DNA of 63,966 nucleotides, filler included, from Octopus bimaculoides (Eukaryota): NCBI RefSeq assembly GCF_001194135.2. It is 6 parts of 6 records of this genome, joined end to end, with 100 filler letters (N's around TTAATTAATTAA, not from the genome) between each part and the next. Parts side by side here need not be neighbours in the genome. Positions count along the whole stretch, not along the records: positions 34,507 to 55,996 come from NC_068984.1; positions 56,097 to 60,510 come from NW_026394233.1; positions 60,611 to 62,674 come from NW_026309391.1; positions 62,775 to 63,966 come from NW_026346506.1; 2 more parts are not named here. One strand, 5' to 3'. Shown piece by piece: positions 51,557 to 63,511 of this stretch (position 1 is its first letter; each line of letters starts with the position of its first letter). The notes under the pieces were generated by a model. It saw only the letters and a program-made list of their open reading frames with translations, ran no database searches and was not told where the DNA came from. The position numbers and the translations under genes were made by a program.

Positions 51557-52819
51557 CATCTGAATGATAAACGTGCAACGTAGTCTAATTCGCGAACTTA
51601 CGCTTTACATGTTCTAACTGGGCCATAATGCCGCGGAGCCAACTAAAAACATTTGTTGTATGAAAAGTGAAGGCGCAGTTGTTCCCAGTACAGTAACAAG
51701 ATGGTTCGAGAAATTTCACTCGATTTGCAAGAACTTCGACGATCAGACAAGGCAAGGTAAGCTTAAAACCGTGGATTCCGAGGCAGTGCTTCAGGCCATA
51801 GAGACAAATCCGGCAAGTAACTCTCGGAGAGTATCAGGCGCGCTTGGCATCTTATGGATGTATATCATTGTGCGGCAAAAATACTCGGCATTGGTTAACA
51901 AAAAGCGAGCTTTACTGCAGTAAGACAACGCAATAACAACATACCTTATATTGCTCGTACGACCCGGAATAAACTCCAGGAACTTGAGGGAATCGAACTG
52001 GTGCTATATCCAGCATGTAGTCCGGGCATAACTCCCTCGGATTATTTTTGTTCCGGCATTTGGCTCACTTCTTGTGCTCAAGACGCTTCATCAACAAAGA
52101 GAAGGTGGTGCAAACTTTAGTGAAGGAGTTCTTCGCTTCGAAGAACAAGAACTGGTATCCGTAGGAATCAAAGAACTGGCAGAAAGGTTGTTTCAGGTGA
52201 TGTAACATGATGGCTTCTACTTTGAATGGTAGGCTGCTTTTGTTGTAACTTGACAAATAAAGCAAATAAAGTTACCAAAATACTGCAAAAGTCTTAACTT
52301 AACACAACACACGCGCACGCACACACGCACACACATATACATGCAAACATGCACACACATACACACGCGCACACACACATACACACACACATTGGAAATC
52401 TGGAAGAGTGTTTCTAATTATTTGTTTTAATGTATAATTAAGTTACACCGTGGGGAAAACTGAATTTATTTCAAATTTTGTAAAAAGCTTTCATTTCACA
52501 TTTTTTATTATAATTGATTATATGTATAAATCAATTTTGTTTTTAAATTAATTTAATTTTGAATATAATTGCAATAACTAGAACAATTAATTGCTTTATA
52601 AAATAAAAAGTAAAGCTGATAATTATTTTAACTAATTATCTTAGATATTATTTAATTATTTCAAAGTTCATCAATTTGATCTTTAGTTCCAAATTCTTTA
52701 AACAATGCTATGACAGTACAGAGGTTTTCAACTATATCTACTGAAAACTATTGCCACCCATGGTATAATTTTATATAAATATCTTTATTTCTATTTTGAA
52801 GTATAAGTTTATAGATTTT

Positions 52820-53185
52820 CATAACGTTGTTTCATTATGCTAAAGATATCGAACGTGTCTTCCATTTTGTTTCATAGTTAAGGCTGTTTAAAATGCAACA
52901 CTCGAATTTCTTTATATTTCGTTATGTTAAAGATCTCAATTGTGTTTTCGATCATTCAATAATTAGGTTTATTAAACCTAGTTAAGGTTGTTTAAAGCAC
53001 AACACTCGAATTTCGTTTTGTTTCGTTATGTTATAGATTTCGATTTTGTCTTCATTCTTCCGTAGTTTAGCTTATTTAACTGAATTGAGGTTGTTTAAAG
53101 CGCAACACTCGCATTTCGTCGTTTTGTTGCATCAAAACTTCAATTGTACCTTCGTTCGTTCAATAGTTAAGCTTATTAAATCGTT
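52820..53185. repeat. ~104 bp tandem repeat, about 3.5 copies
   Basis: aggntgtttaaa...caacactcg at 52880, 52984 and 53087. Confidence 0.85.
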
Positions 53186-53441
53186 ACAAGTGGAATATTA
53201 TTACGGTTAGTGATACAGAGCCCGGCAAAATAAAACCTCCTACATGTATGTATATACATAATTATCTGCAGTGTTACATGTTTTGCGGTAACATTACCTC
53301 AAAACTATGGGAGAAAAACTTTCCGTGTTTTTTTTACGGCCATTGGTGTGGCTCTAGAGAACTTAGGCATATGATAGCGGTGTCTTCAAGTAATCAATGT
53401 GAAGGGGGTTTGTTGTTTGCTTTGCTTTTGTTGCATCCGGT

Positions 53442-53732
53442 TGTTGGCACTCCGTCGCTTACGACGTCGAGGGTTCCAGTTGATCCGATCAACGGAACAG
53501 CCTGCTCGTGAAATTAACGTGCAAGTGGCTGAGCACTCCACAGACACGTGTACTCTTAACGTAGTTCTCGGGGATATTCAGCGTGACACAGTATGACAAG
53601 GCTGACCCTTTGAATTACAGGCACAACAGAAACAGGAAGTAAGAGTGAGAGAAAGTTGTGGTGAAAGAGTACAGCAGGGTTCGCCACCATCCCCTGCCGG
53701 AGCCTCGTGGAGCTTTTAGGTGTTTTCGCTCA
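53442..53732 (-). mobile_element. Retroposed fragment sharing the SINE-D tail but with a different 5' part; 12 bp TSD
   Basis: gttgcatccggt at 53430-53441 and 53733-53744. Confidence 0.85.
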
Positions 53733-54044
53733 GTTGCATCCGGTACATGCTTTTTATATAGAAATATCTATATGCAAATTTAATACACTGATATGATCTT
53801 TATGCAAACCTTTTTCCATAAAATCAATAAAATTTAGCATTATAAGTCAACATAATTTTAATGTAGCTTTTTAAAACGTTTTTATTTTGGATCCTATTTT
53901 CTTCCTGAACTTTCACTTTTACCGCATGAAACTATGTAAATGTAAACACAATACGTTTAGACTTTGTGTATGATCGTATTCATCCGTCGGAATGACGAAG
54001 ACCATCTAATCGCTCAGATGATTTGCGTGATGATTTTACTTAAA

Positions 54045-54266
54045 GTGAAGAAAAAAAGGTTCCCTGGTTTCATGGCATATATATTGCCCCACCTGGGCGG
54101 GACGCCGGTCTGTTGCAGGATTACTCATTTTTGCCAGCTGAATGGACTGGAGCAACATGAACTGAAGTGTTTTGATCAAGAACACGCGTCGCCCGGTCCA
54201 AGAATCGAAACCACAATCTTATGATCATGAATCCAACACCCTACCCACTAAGTCACGCGCCTCCAC
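54045..54266 (-). mobile_element. SINE family D, tail variant 2
   Basis: Head homologous to the copy at 14655, 3' half homologous to the copy at 7840. Confidence 0.82.
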
Positions 54267-54605
54267 AAAAGTGAAGAAGAAACCAAATCAAAACGACGAC
54301 TGGGAATGAAGTCGGATGCAATAGATGACCAAGATGTCTTGTCACACATCTTGTTCTCTGCACTCCACAATGCGTTGCTGCAGCCGCTTTCCCCTCCGTA
54401 GGACTATGGAAGTTTCTTCCGCAGAATGAGCCGGATGCTGTCTTCATGTGCATAGGCAGGCAAGCCGTAAACCATAGCTAGGACTCTGACAGGTGTTACT
54501 ACTCCGGGTCAGAGTAGACCGCGGAACAAAGGTCGTTAAGAGGTCATTCCACACACACCCAAAACCTTGAAACCCCCGAACCAGAACTCCACTACTGGAT
54601 TCAGT

Positions 54606-55004
54606 TTACTCTTTTACTCTTTTACTTGTTTCAGTCATTTGGCTGTGGCCATGCTGGAGCACCGCCTTTAGTCGAGCAAATCGACCCCAGGACTTATTCT
54701 TTGGAAGCCTAGTACTTATTCTGTCGGTCTCTTTTGCCGAACCGCTAAGTTACAGGGACGTAAACACACCAGCATCAGTTGTCAAGCGATGTTGGGGGGA
54801 CAAACAGACACACAAACATACACACATATATATATATACATATATACGACGGGCTTCTTTCAGTTTCCGTCTACCAAATCCACTCACAAGGCTTTGGTTG
54901 ACCCGAGGCTACAGTAGAAGACACTTGCCCAAGGTGCCACGCAGTGGGACTGAATCCGGAACCATGTGGTTGGTAAGCAAGCTACTTACCACACAGCCAC
55001 TCCT
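54606..55004 (-). mobile_element. SINE family B, near consensus
   Basis: Highly similar to 51097-51504. Confidence 0.93.
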
Positions 55005-55776
55005 ATATGGTAAAGTAATTTGAATGAATCCTTTAATTTCCCGAGGAGCTTATGTCATCTCTATTGCATCTTATGATTCTCTGGTCCTCAGGACGGATGT
55101 ACACCCTCTTAAGGTGCTCTAAACTAGCAATCACCAATAGACGAACTTCAGCAATCACCAATAGACGAACTTAACTGTAAGCATCTTCTTCAGCTTTCTT
55201 CTTTATTTAATTCTCTCTTCGTTTATTTATTCATTTATTTATTTATTTGATAGTTGCTAAGCTAACCGCAAATTAGACCTTAAGACTGAGAATTTCACTG
55301 AATTTAAGATGGCATATATAATAAATTTTGTAATTAATGTCTGATTGCAAAATGTGTGACTGGAACGAACCAACTGCCTTAAGAAGAAATAGCCGTCTCA
55401 TTCAAGAACAGTCACGATATCTAATTGAGACTTCACTCTAAACATTGGAAAGACTTGCGACTAATTAAGCCAGTACATTCTGTCATAAAAACAATGATTT
55501 AGATGAAAACGTCACTTGTTCATCTATATATGTCTTTGTATGTATGTATGTATGTATGTATGTATGTATGTATGTATGTATAAGTGTGTGTATGTATTGT
55601 TGGATGACGAGTAAACAGGAATTACATAACCAGCTTCATTGGATTACATCTGTTTCTGTTATAAGAAACAATGCATTCGGAGCTGAGTGCTTGTGCAACA
55701 TTTTATAGCATCATCAGAGTCATCGTATTCGAACAACTGGTTATTAATATCGCTATGCCTAAGTGAAATCACGGTG

Positions 55777-55840
<64 letters not shown>

Positions 55841-55921
55841 CAGGATCGAAGGTAAAGAGGAAGAAAAAGTGAACAATGAAATACATAAATCAGAATTAGG
55901 CCCCCAATATACACATGTATA

Positions 55922-55953
<32 letters not shown>

Positions 55954-56096
55954 AATATAATTAAGGGATCAGCAAATATTTGCTTCACCATATACCNNNN
56001 NNNNNNNNNNNNNNNNNNNNNNNNNNNNNNNNNNNNNNNNTTAATTAATTAANNNNNNNNNNNNNNNNNNNNNNNNNNNNNNNNNNNNNNNNNNNN

Positions 56097-56445
56097 CACT
56101 AGTCTGATCTTAAGTACTCTGTCACTTACTCTAACGACCTCGATTACCTTATCCACCCATTTCTCCGCTAGAAGTATTCCTACGCCCCCGACCCCGTCAG
56201 TGTTCCCTGCCCAGAAAATCTTGTACCTGTGTTCTTTGCCTGTGAGGAACCTTGCAGAACCTCCTCTCCATCTTACTTCCTGGATGCAGCACATATCTAC
56301 GCATCTCCGTTCAAGCATCTCAACAATTTCACCAGATCTACCTTTCAGCGTGCCGACGTTGAGAGTGCCAATCCTAACAGTATGGGTGTTGGGGGTGTGG
56401 GCCTGTAGCCTGGGAAGAGGAAAAGCAGTGTCGTGTACCTCAGCA
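56097..56445 (-). mobile_element. RTE-clade LINE APE endonuclease N-terminus
   Basis: RIGTLNVGTLKGRSGEIVEMLERRCVDMCCIQEVRW...GVGGVGILL; the frame is open up to the gap. Confidence 0.93.
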
Positions 56446-56540
56446 GTCAAATTTTATATCTCAGTTGTAGTTGACAACATCATGGTTGAAGCTGTGAGGT
56501 TTGAGAGAGTGGCACACAGTGTTGTGTGGAAGTCATTCAT

Positions 56541-58005
56541 TTCTGTCATATGTCTTGATATACAGATTGAAATGTTACTTTGCACATATATGGCAGATCA
56601 CTTTAGCTTTGAGCTTTTGCCAACTTAGCACTAAAATGAAGTCACTGTGTGTATTTATCTTATGGATGCAACATTTTTTTAAATACTAGGCAATTATTTA
56701 CATGAATTGCATCTTGCTTAAATAATCATTTGGTTAAGTGAAACCTGTTTTATTTACTTAAAATGGATACTGTGTCTTAGTGGTGTATCAATATTTAAAA
56801 TTCTACTTTCCTTGTTTACTTTATGGATCATAACACACTTGCTGTTAAATGTTGGCATTTTACATATAAATATTAAATCAAAAACTTCAAACTTGTTTGC
56901 ATTCTTATTACTTAACAGTAAATATTATTTGCTCATTGTTCATGAAAGAAAATACTAAATTTTCATTAATTGGCCTATTCAACTTTTGTTAAAAAGTAAC
57001 CTTGAAATTTAGTATTATCAAACGTGTGTTTTTAAATAAAAAATCCAGTTAGAAATTTTGTTTTGCTTCTTGAAAGTATACCCTATCAATATGGTATTTT
57101 CATCAAATTGTTTGATGGTATTTTCATCAACTTACTTTCATTTGGTAACTATTAGTAGTTATTATTAATTCTAATTAGTTTCTTTTCTCCTTGATATTCT
57201 GAACAAAGGATGTTTGTCCTTTGATTTTATATTGAGTTTAAAATATACAAGATGAAAAAGAATGACATTTTTTAATCAAGTGGCATGAGAAAGAAACAGA
57301 GATGATTATTTGATGACATGCTAGAACATCAGTAACAATGATTTATCGTAATAATAAGCTTTTTACTGAGACATATTTTCGATATTATTTTGTTGTATTT
57401 TTAAAAATAGCTAATAAGCTAGAGATTAAATTTGGAACTGCTCTGGTTTTTAGATATAAAAACCCTCTGATTGTTATGCTTTGATATACAGCAATTTTTG
57501 CAGATATGAAAAGTAAATGTTTTATAATTATAGTACACTATAAATGTTTCCTAGATGCAATGTTTTGTTAAATACTTGGTAATTATCTACATGGATTGCA
57601 TCTTGCTGAAACAATCAATTGATTGTTAACTGGAATGGGTTTTATTGATATGAAATGGATATATATATTGTGCCATAGTGGTGTGTCACAATATTTTAAA
57701 TCTTACTTTTCTTAATTGTGTATTTTGTGCATTAAAGATTTGTGGATCATGATACACTTGCAGTTTAATATTGGTGTTTCATATCTAAATAGTTAATCAA
57801 AACTTCAAATATATTTGCATCTTGATTACTTGATCACAAATATTATTTGCTCTTTGTATGTGAGAGAAAATACAAATTTCTCATAAATTTACCTATTTAA
57901 CTTTTGTCAAAATGTAAAAGTATTTATTAAGACATTTACATTCACTATTGAAATTGAGAATGATGAGACATTTTAAAAATAAAAAATTCAGTTATAAATT
58001 TTCTT
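56541..58005. repeat. Diverged tandem duplication (56541-57060 vs 57466-58005)
   Basis: Colinear blocks such as ttgatatacag, gatgcaa...ttgcatcttgct, agtggtgt, tggatcat..acacttgc, aaacttcaaa, aaatattatttgctc and aaataaaaaat.cagtta, at an offset of about 0.9 kb. Confidence 0.85.
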
Positions 58006-58168
58006 GCCCTTATTGTTCTAATATATTTCAATAAACTGAATGCTTCATTGATTTCTGAAAACCATGTCAAGTTTGGAAGTCATTTGAGTATGTGTAATAA
58101 GTCTACTAAACATTCATATGTCTGAGTAAGTTATTCAACTCCTTCAAATAGGCTATTAACATATATAC

Positions 58169-58211
<43 letters not shown>

Positions 58212-58413
58212 TGTGTGTGTGTGTTTAAAGGTCATTTTAAAATACCCCATGAATGTTGGTTTCTCTTTTAATCTGTAAATATGAATGAACAGATAATTAT
58301 ATTAGTTAATGAGCCATTTGTATTTTTTTTACAGTAAAAATGAAAATTAAAGCTATTTTTTTGTACTATTTTTGTTTTACATCACTTAATACATGTGAAA
58401 TATTTCCTTTCAG

Positions 58414-58605
58414 ATGAAAAATTCTATATTGCCAAACCCGAGAATGTCTTGCAAGAATTGGCCTATAGTTCTGCTGGTGATATGTGCATCTCTGATGCAC
58501 ATTGAAGCTGGTGAACCAGCTTCTCATCTTCAGATAATGAGGGATCTTCCAAGTTCAATGCGGAAAGACATACCTATTCCAATGTTTATACGAAGCAATT
58601 ATAAG
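58414..58605 (+). CDS. Coding exon of a putative secreted protein (signal peptide plus pro-region)
   Basis: Acceptor tatttcctttcag directly before ATG; 64 open codons; signal-peptide-like MSCKNWPIVLLVICASLMHIEA; phase-0 donor AAG|gtttgt. A possible upstream UTR-exon donor gtaagt lies at 58126. Confidence 0.6.
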
Positions 58606-59488
58606 GTTTGTAAATTTCCTTTGATGTTATGCAATGTTATTTTTCACAATTATTAATTGGTAGTATGCTTTCAGGATTATTGAGCGTTCTCAAAAAGATG
58701 TTTTACTGAATTATAATTTGTATGTGATGAATGCATATAATTAAAACAATGTTGCAAACCCATTTTGCAACTGGTTTGCAACATTATAGAAAATACAAAA
58801 TATTTCTAAATGTATTTTAGTACATATGTAACTATTAAATATTTCATGATATAATTTATAAACCAGCAATGCATACCTTGGTAGTATGCATTTTTATATA
58901 TAACAATTTATTTGGAAAGAAATACGTGAGAAGGCTGCAAATTTCTGTCAATCATAAGGAATCAGAAAATGAAGCTGATACCTTTTGTATACAACAATAT
59001 AGTTTAGAAAATATAGTAAAACATGTCTAAACTATTTGTAAAACATACCAAAGGAGTGGACTGTTAAAAACAAAGAAATGATAGGACAGTAGAAAATTGT
59101 ATGTAACGGATCAGGTTAACTGATTACTGATAAGGATCAAGTGATAGGATTGTGGCACCGTGCAGGTATAGCCTCACTTGCTTATGGGTTTAATCGATGC
59201 TGTCTTTCTTCCTAACTTTCCCTGTGTGGTGTGGTGTGGTGTGTGTATTTACACACACACACATACACACACACACACACACATATATGCAGAATTTAGG
59301 TTAGTTGAAATATGTCTGTCACATGTTTCGACTGCTAAAAGGCAAATACACTGCAATTACCATGGAGAAGAAATCTCTCTTATGGTAAAAAGGTGTGGAA
59401 ATACCCAGTTCATTCAGTGTTTTTACATACATGTTTACATACATACGTTCAGTGTTTATACATATATATATATGTATATATACATACA

Positions 59489-59561
<73 letters not shown>

Positions 59562-59657
59562 GCATATGTATACATATAATACAGTTCTATATTTAAGAGA
59601 TGAGGAATTATGTACATTATTTACAGTCGACGGATATTTGTCCTCATCTTTGCTTTT

Positions 59658-60510
59658 ATCATCATATCATCATCATTTCACTTGCCTTAACAAATCTTTG
59701 CAAGGAGAGTTTAGTGTCCAATGAAGGAGAGGTTGGCATGGGTGCCAGTTGTCGGATTCGGCTCGATTTCGCTTTCAGATTTCAAATTCCAAATTCCAAA
59801 TTCACTTGCCTCAACAGGTTTTCGCAAGCAGGGTTTTTAGTGTCCAGTGAAGTAAAGATACTAATTAGTGAGCTGGCTACACTTCTGGCAGAGGTCACAG
59901 ATTATGCTCTCACTTGCCTTGCCGGGTCTTCTGACGTACTGCATATTTCCAAAGGTCCCGGTCACTGGTCATTGCCTCGGTGAGGCCTAAAGTTCGAAGG
60001 TCGTGCTTCACAACTTCATCCCAGGTCTTATTGGGTCTACCTCTTCCACAGGTTCCCTCAACTGCTAGGGTGTGTCGCTTTTTCACACAGCTATCCTCAT
60101 CCATTCTTGCCACATGTCCATACCAGCGCAATCGTCTCTCTTGCACTCCACATGACCACCAGATAAGGGAGCGGGGGACCCTGTCAAAGGCTTTCTCCAT
60201 GTCAACGAAAGCCAGGTTTATTTTTGGCTAGGTATTTCTCCTGCAGCTGTCTTTTGCTAGTGGCACGTTAGAAAATCATTTGAGCGAGGTCATTGCCAGT
60301 GCAGCTGGACTGGCTCTCGTGCAAGTGGCACGTAAAAAACACCTTTTGAGCGAGGCCGTTGCCAGTACCGTGTGACTTCTCCATGTCAACGAAAGAACTG
60401 ACTCTTTCCCTAATAAGTTGGGCTATGACCCTCTCCATGACCTTCATTACCTGGTTCAATAACTTGATACCTCTGTAATTGTTTGTGTCTAGAGCGTCAC
60501 CTTTACCTTT
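59658..60510 (-). mobile_element. RTE-clade LINE 3' part with internal deletions and rearrangement
   Basis: KGKGDAL..NYRGIKLL, FVDMEKAFDRVP and ERRLRWYGHV...GRGRPNKTW occur in a much shortened arrangement. Confidence 0.92.
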
Positions 60511-60832
60511 NNNNNNNNNNNNNNNNNNNNNNNNNNNNNNNNNNNNNNNNNNNNTTAATTAATTAANNNNNNNNNNNNNNNNNNNNNNNNNNNNNNNNNN
60601 NNNNNNNNNNAATTTACAAAAAGCAAAAGACGAAGACAGGTGTATTAAACAAATATAATTGTCAAATTATTATTTCTTATATTTAATTGTTTATGTTATG
60701 ATTTTATTTACTCCATGAACCCAAACCTTGTGGACACCTTGTATATAACTGATGATGGAGAAGTGAGTGAAGATGTACTTTCGTTTGCCCTATGATATGA
60801 CAAGAAAAAAGTTGATCTGAGAAAATCAATGG

Positions 60833-61425
60833 AGACAAGTTTCGGATCTTTTTTAAAACGGGGGCCACATTTTTCATTAACGAAACACTTTGAAACTTGG
60901 AACACTGGTAGAATGTGTCATATAAAACATCTTTTTCTCTTAGTCTTCTTAAAAAAAAAAAGAAATCCCTAAGTTATTCCATGTTAAAGTTGTCGTATTT
61001 CTGTAATTTCAACCAATCACTGACGTCCATTCAGCTGATATACATTAAGTGCCGACTACATAAACAAACGATTCTGAAACAATTCTATCGGTGATAGGGT
61101 TAGGGTTAGAGTTAGGGTTAGGGTAAAACAGCAAATTTAAAAAGAAAAAAGCAAAACGAAGCTATGGAAATTAAATACGCTTTACACCGCTTAATCAGCC
61201 AAAGGAGTAAATGTAAACAACTGAATACTTGTCAGTGATTGGTTGAAATTATCGAAATAAGACAATTTTTTACATGAAATAAATTTGAATACAAAAATAT
61301 TTTTCTGTTCTATAACACAAAATAGATAAGTATACGAAGTTTGAAAGTGTTTCCGTACCAAAAACACTACGTAAAACATTAATGAAAAATGTGGGCCCCC
61401 GTTTTAAAAAAGATCCCAAGTTTCT
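60833..61425. mobile_element. MITE with ~40 bp TIRs, inner inverted repeats and central TTAGGG repeats
   Basis: ggatcttttttaaaacggggg(c)cacatttttcattaa at both ends in inverted orientation; ttcaaccaatcactgac/gtcagtgattggttgaa; TTAGGG-like units at 61095-61124. Confidence 0.88.
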
Positions 61426-61852
61426 TTAGAGTAGTATGTTTATTGGGGGAGAAACTGTAACCTGAATGAATTGAGATATTTTACCACGTCTTTAGAATTG
61501 TCAAAGAAAAGAAATATTTATGTATATGTATACATATATACATATATATGATGGTGATGATAGCAATAATAATGGGACCCTGAGGAGATGGAGTATCCTA
61601 TGTTTTATAATATTTTATAATATTTTATGATATGTATTAATCATTCTGGATGTTGTATCGAAATGTACATAGGTCTATTTATTTGTTATTATTATTGTTA
61701 TTGTTGTAATAAAGTATTTTCAACAGATCAATTTTGAGCTCTATTTAAAGTTGATATATATTCAAAAACTCAACTGTGAGTTTTTTTGCTAAGATTGTTA
61801 ACGGATACTATATTTTCTACCAAATTTTTTGGTTAAAAAAAATATATATTTA

Positions 61853-61942
<90 letters not shown>

Positions 61943-62195
61943 TTGAATGTATGTATATGTATTTGCATACATACATACATACATATACATGCATACATAC
62001 ATATACATACTACATAAATACATGTTTACATCCATACTCATAATTTTGTCGTATAAAACACAGATATATGCTTTCGTATATGTTCACAGTAGCAAAAGCA
62101 TATATGTATTATACGTGTGTGTGTGTGTGTGTGTGTTTGCGCATGTGTGTATGTGTGCGCGTGTGTGCGTATCTAACTTTCTCCTGCTTATCCAG

Positions 62196-62270
62196 GTTAA
62201 GTTATGTTGCGGCCTCATAAATAAAGTGAAATGTTTAGAGAAGAAAAGAATTCCCATTTGTATAGAATAA
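62196..62270 (+). CDS. Candidate final coding exon encoding a Cys-rich cationic peptide
   Basis: Branch-like tctaac, pyrimidine tract and ccag acceptor. Phase 0 gives the longest open frame, VKLCCGLINKVKCLEKKRIPICIE*, and matches the donor phase at 58605. Confidence 0.45.
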   Translation, partial: VKLCCGLINKVKCLEKKRIPICIE

Positions 62271-62326
62271 TGAATACTGTTGAATTGTTCAACTGTGTCT
62301 GTGCTGGAGCATGTTATAACGGTACT

Positions 62327-62503
62327 ACGGCACTCCGTCGGTTACGACGACGAGGGTTCCAGTTGATCCGATCAACGGAACAAGCCTGCTCGTGAAATTA
62401 ACGTGCAAGTGGTGGTTGAGCACTCCAGAGACACGTGTACCCTTAACGTAGTTCTCGGGGAGATTCAGTGTGACACATAGCGTGACAAGGCTGACCCTTT
62501 GAA
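62327..62503 (-). mobile_element. SINE-D tail variant 1 fragment
   Basis: Homologous to 14790-14962 and 53442-53620. Confidence 0.88.
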
Positions 62504-62637
62504 ATACATGTATATACAGGGTGCGATGTGTAAATTGTCACCATCATATTCTTTTAATTTTGCGTGTGCTCATTGTTTCTTTTTTATTTTGTTGACTACG
62601 CAGTATAGTAGAGTCAGCTGGGCACCGTATATGTGTG

Positions 62638-62674
<37 letters not shown>

Positions 62675-63099
62675 NNNNNNNNNNNNNNNNNNNNNNNNNN
62701 NNNNNNNNNNNNNNNNNNTTAATTAATTAANNNNNNNNNNNNNNNNNNNNNNNNNNNNNNNNNNNNNNNNNNNNGAGAGAGAGAGAGAGAGAGAGAGTGA
62801 GAGAAAGAGTGAGGAGAGAAAGGGGAAACAAAAATGAAAATAGACAGATGATGGGAGAAATATAATTGTGCAGACACACAGATACATAAGCAAATAAAGG
62901 AAATAAACATTTAAATGAAATCTGGATATACTGATAGATACAGAAGTAGAGTTAAGTGACTTGCTTAAGAGCCTCCACATACTGGTTTGCTCAAAGTGGA
63001 TATAGAATATAAGAAAGGAGAGTTATGAAAATTGCTTAAGCCTGCAATGTCATCTCCACCCAAATATTGATAGAATGTTTGTCTTCTCCAAACCCAAAC

Positions 63100-63510
63100 A
63101 GTGAAGTGGCAGAGTGTACTGGGCATGGGTGCTTTTTATGTGGCACCAGCACCTACAAGCCTGTTAGATTAGGGATGCTCAGCTGGAGAAGGTTGCAGGG
63201 GACAAGTCTTTATGCAAGGGCAGTTATGCTTGATATGTCTTTTCAAACACAGCAAACCATTAGGAGTCTTGGTCCCCTATTATCCCCTCTGTGAATCCCA
63301 ATGTCTGAAGACCCTTTCTCACTACTTCATCCTATGTCTTCCTGGGTTTATATCTTCCACATGTTCCCTCTACAATTAGCGATTGGCACCTCTCAATGCA
63401 ACTGTCTTCATTCATATGCATTATATGGCCATACCAGTGAAATCTTCTCTTTTGCACACTACATCTGATGCTATGTATACCCAGTTTTCTCTCAAATCAC
63501 TTACACTGTT
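63100..63510 (-). mobile_element. RTE-clade LINE 3' fragment
   Basis: RFHWYGHIMHMNEDSCIE...GTCGR-like remnant and 3' UTR gggtgctttttatgtggcacc. Confidence 0.8.
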
Positions 63511-63511
63511 G

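Larger units (their letters stand above)
50618..52300 (+). mobile_element. mariner transposon, internally deleted and interrupted by nested inserts
   Basis: Left TIR-like gaggtgagtcgaaatttttgcaata; HTH ...TVTRWFEKF...TVDSEAVLQAIE (51560-51860); catalytic remnant LLQxDNA...SPGITPSDY (51900-52220); right TIR-like aaaatactgcaaaagtcttaact. Confidence 0.8.

Noticed and set aside
52820-53185. CRISPR-like reading of the regularly spaced repeats
   Set aside because: Eukaryotic context, whole units are homologous with no unique spacers, and there are no cas genes.
55126-55172. 24 bp tandem duplication containing CCAAT (similar short duplications at about 40205 and 57090)
   Set aside because: Ordinary slippage duplications with no further structure.
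56665-56730. H/ACA snoRNA reading of the duplicated hairpin
   Set aside because: ANANNA is trivial in AT-rich DNA, the pocket-to-box distance is about 19 nt rather than 14-16, and no second hairpin with ACA was found.
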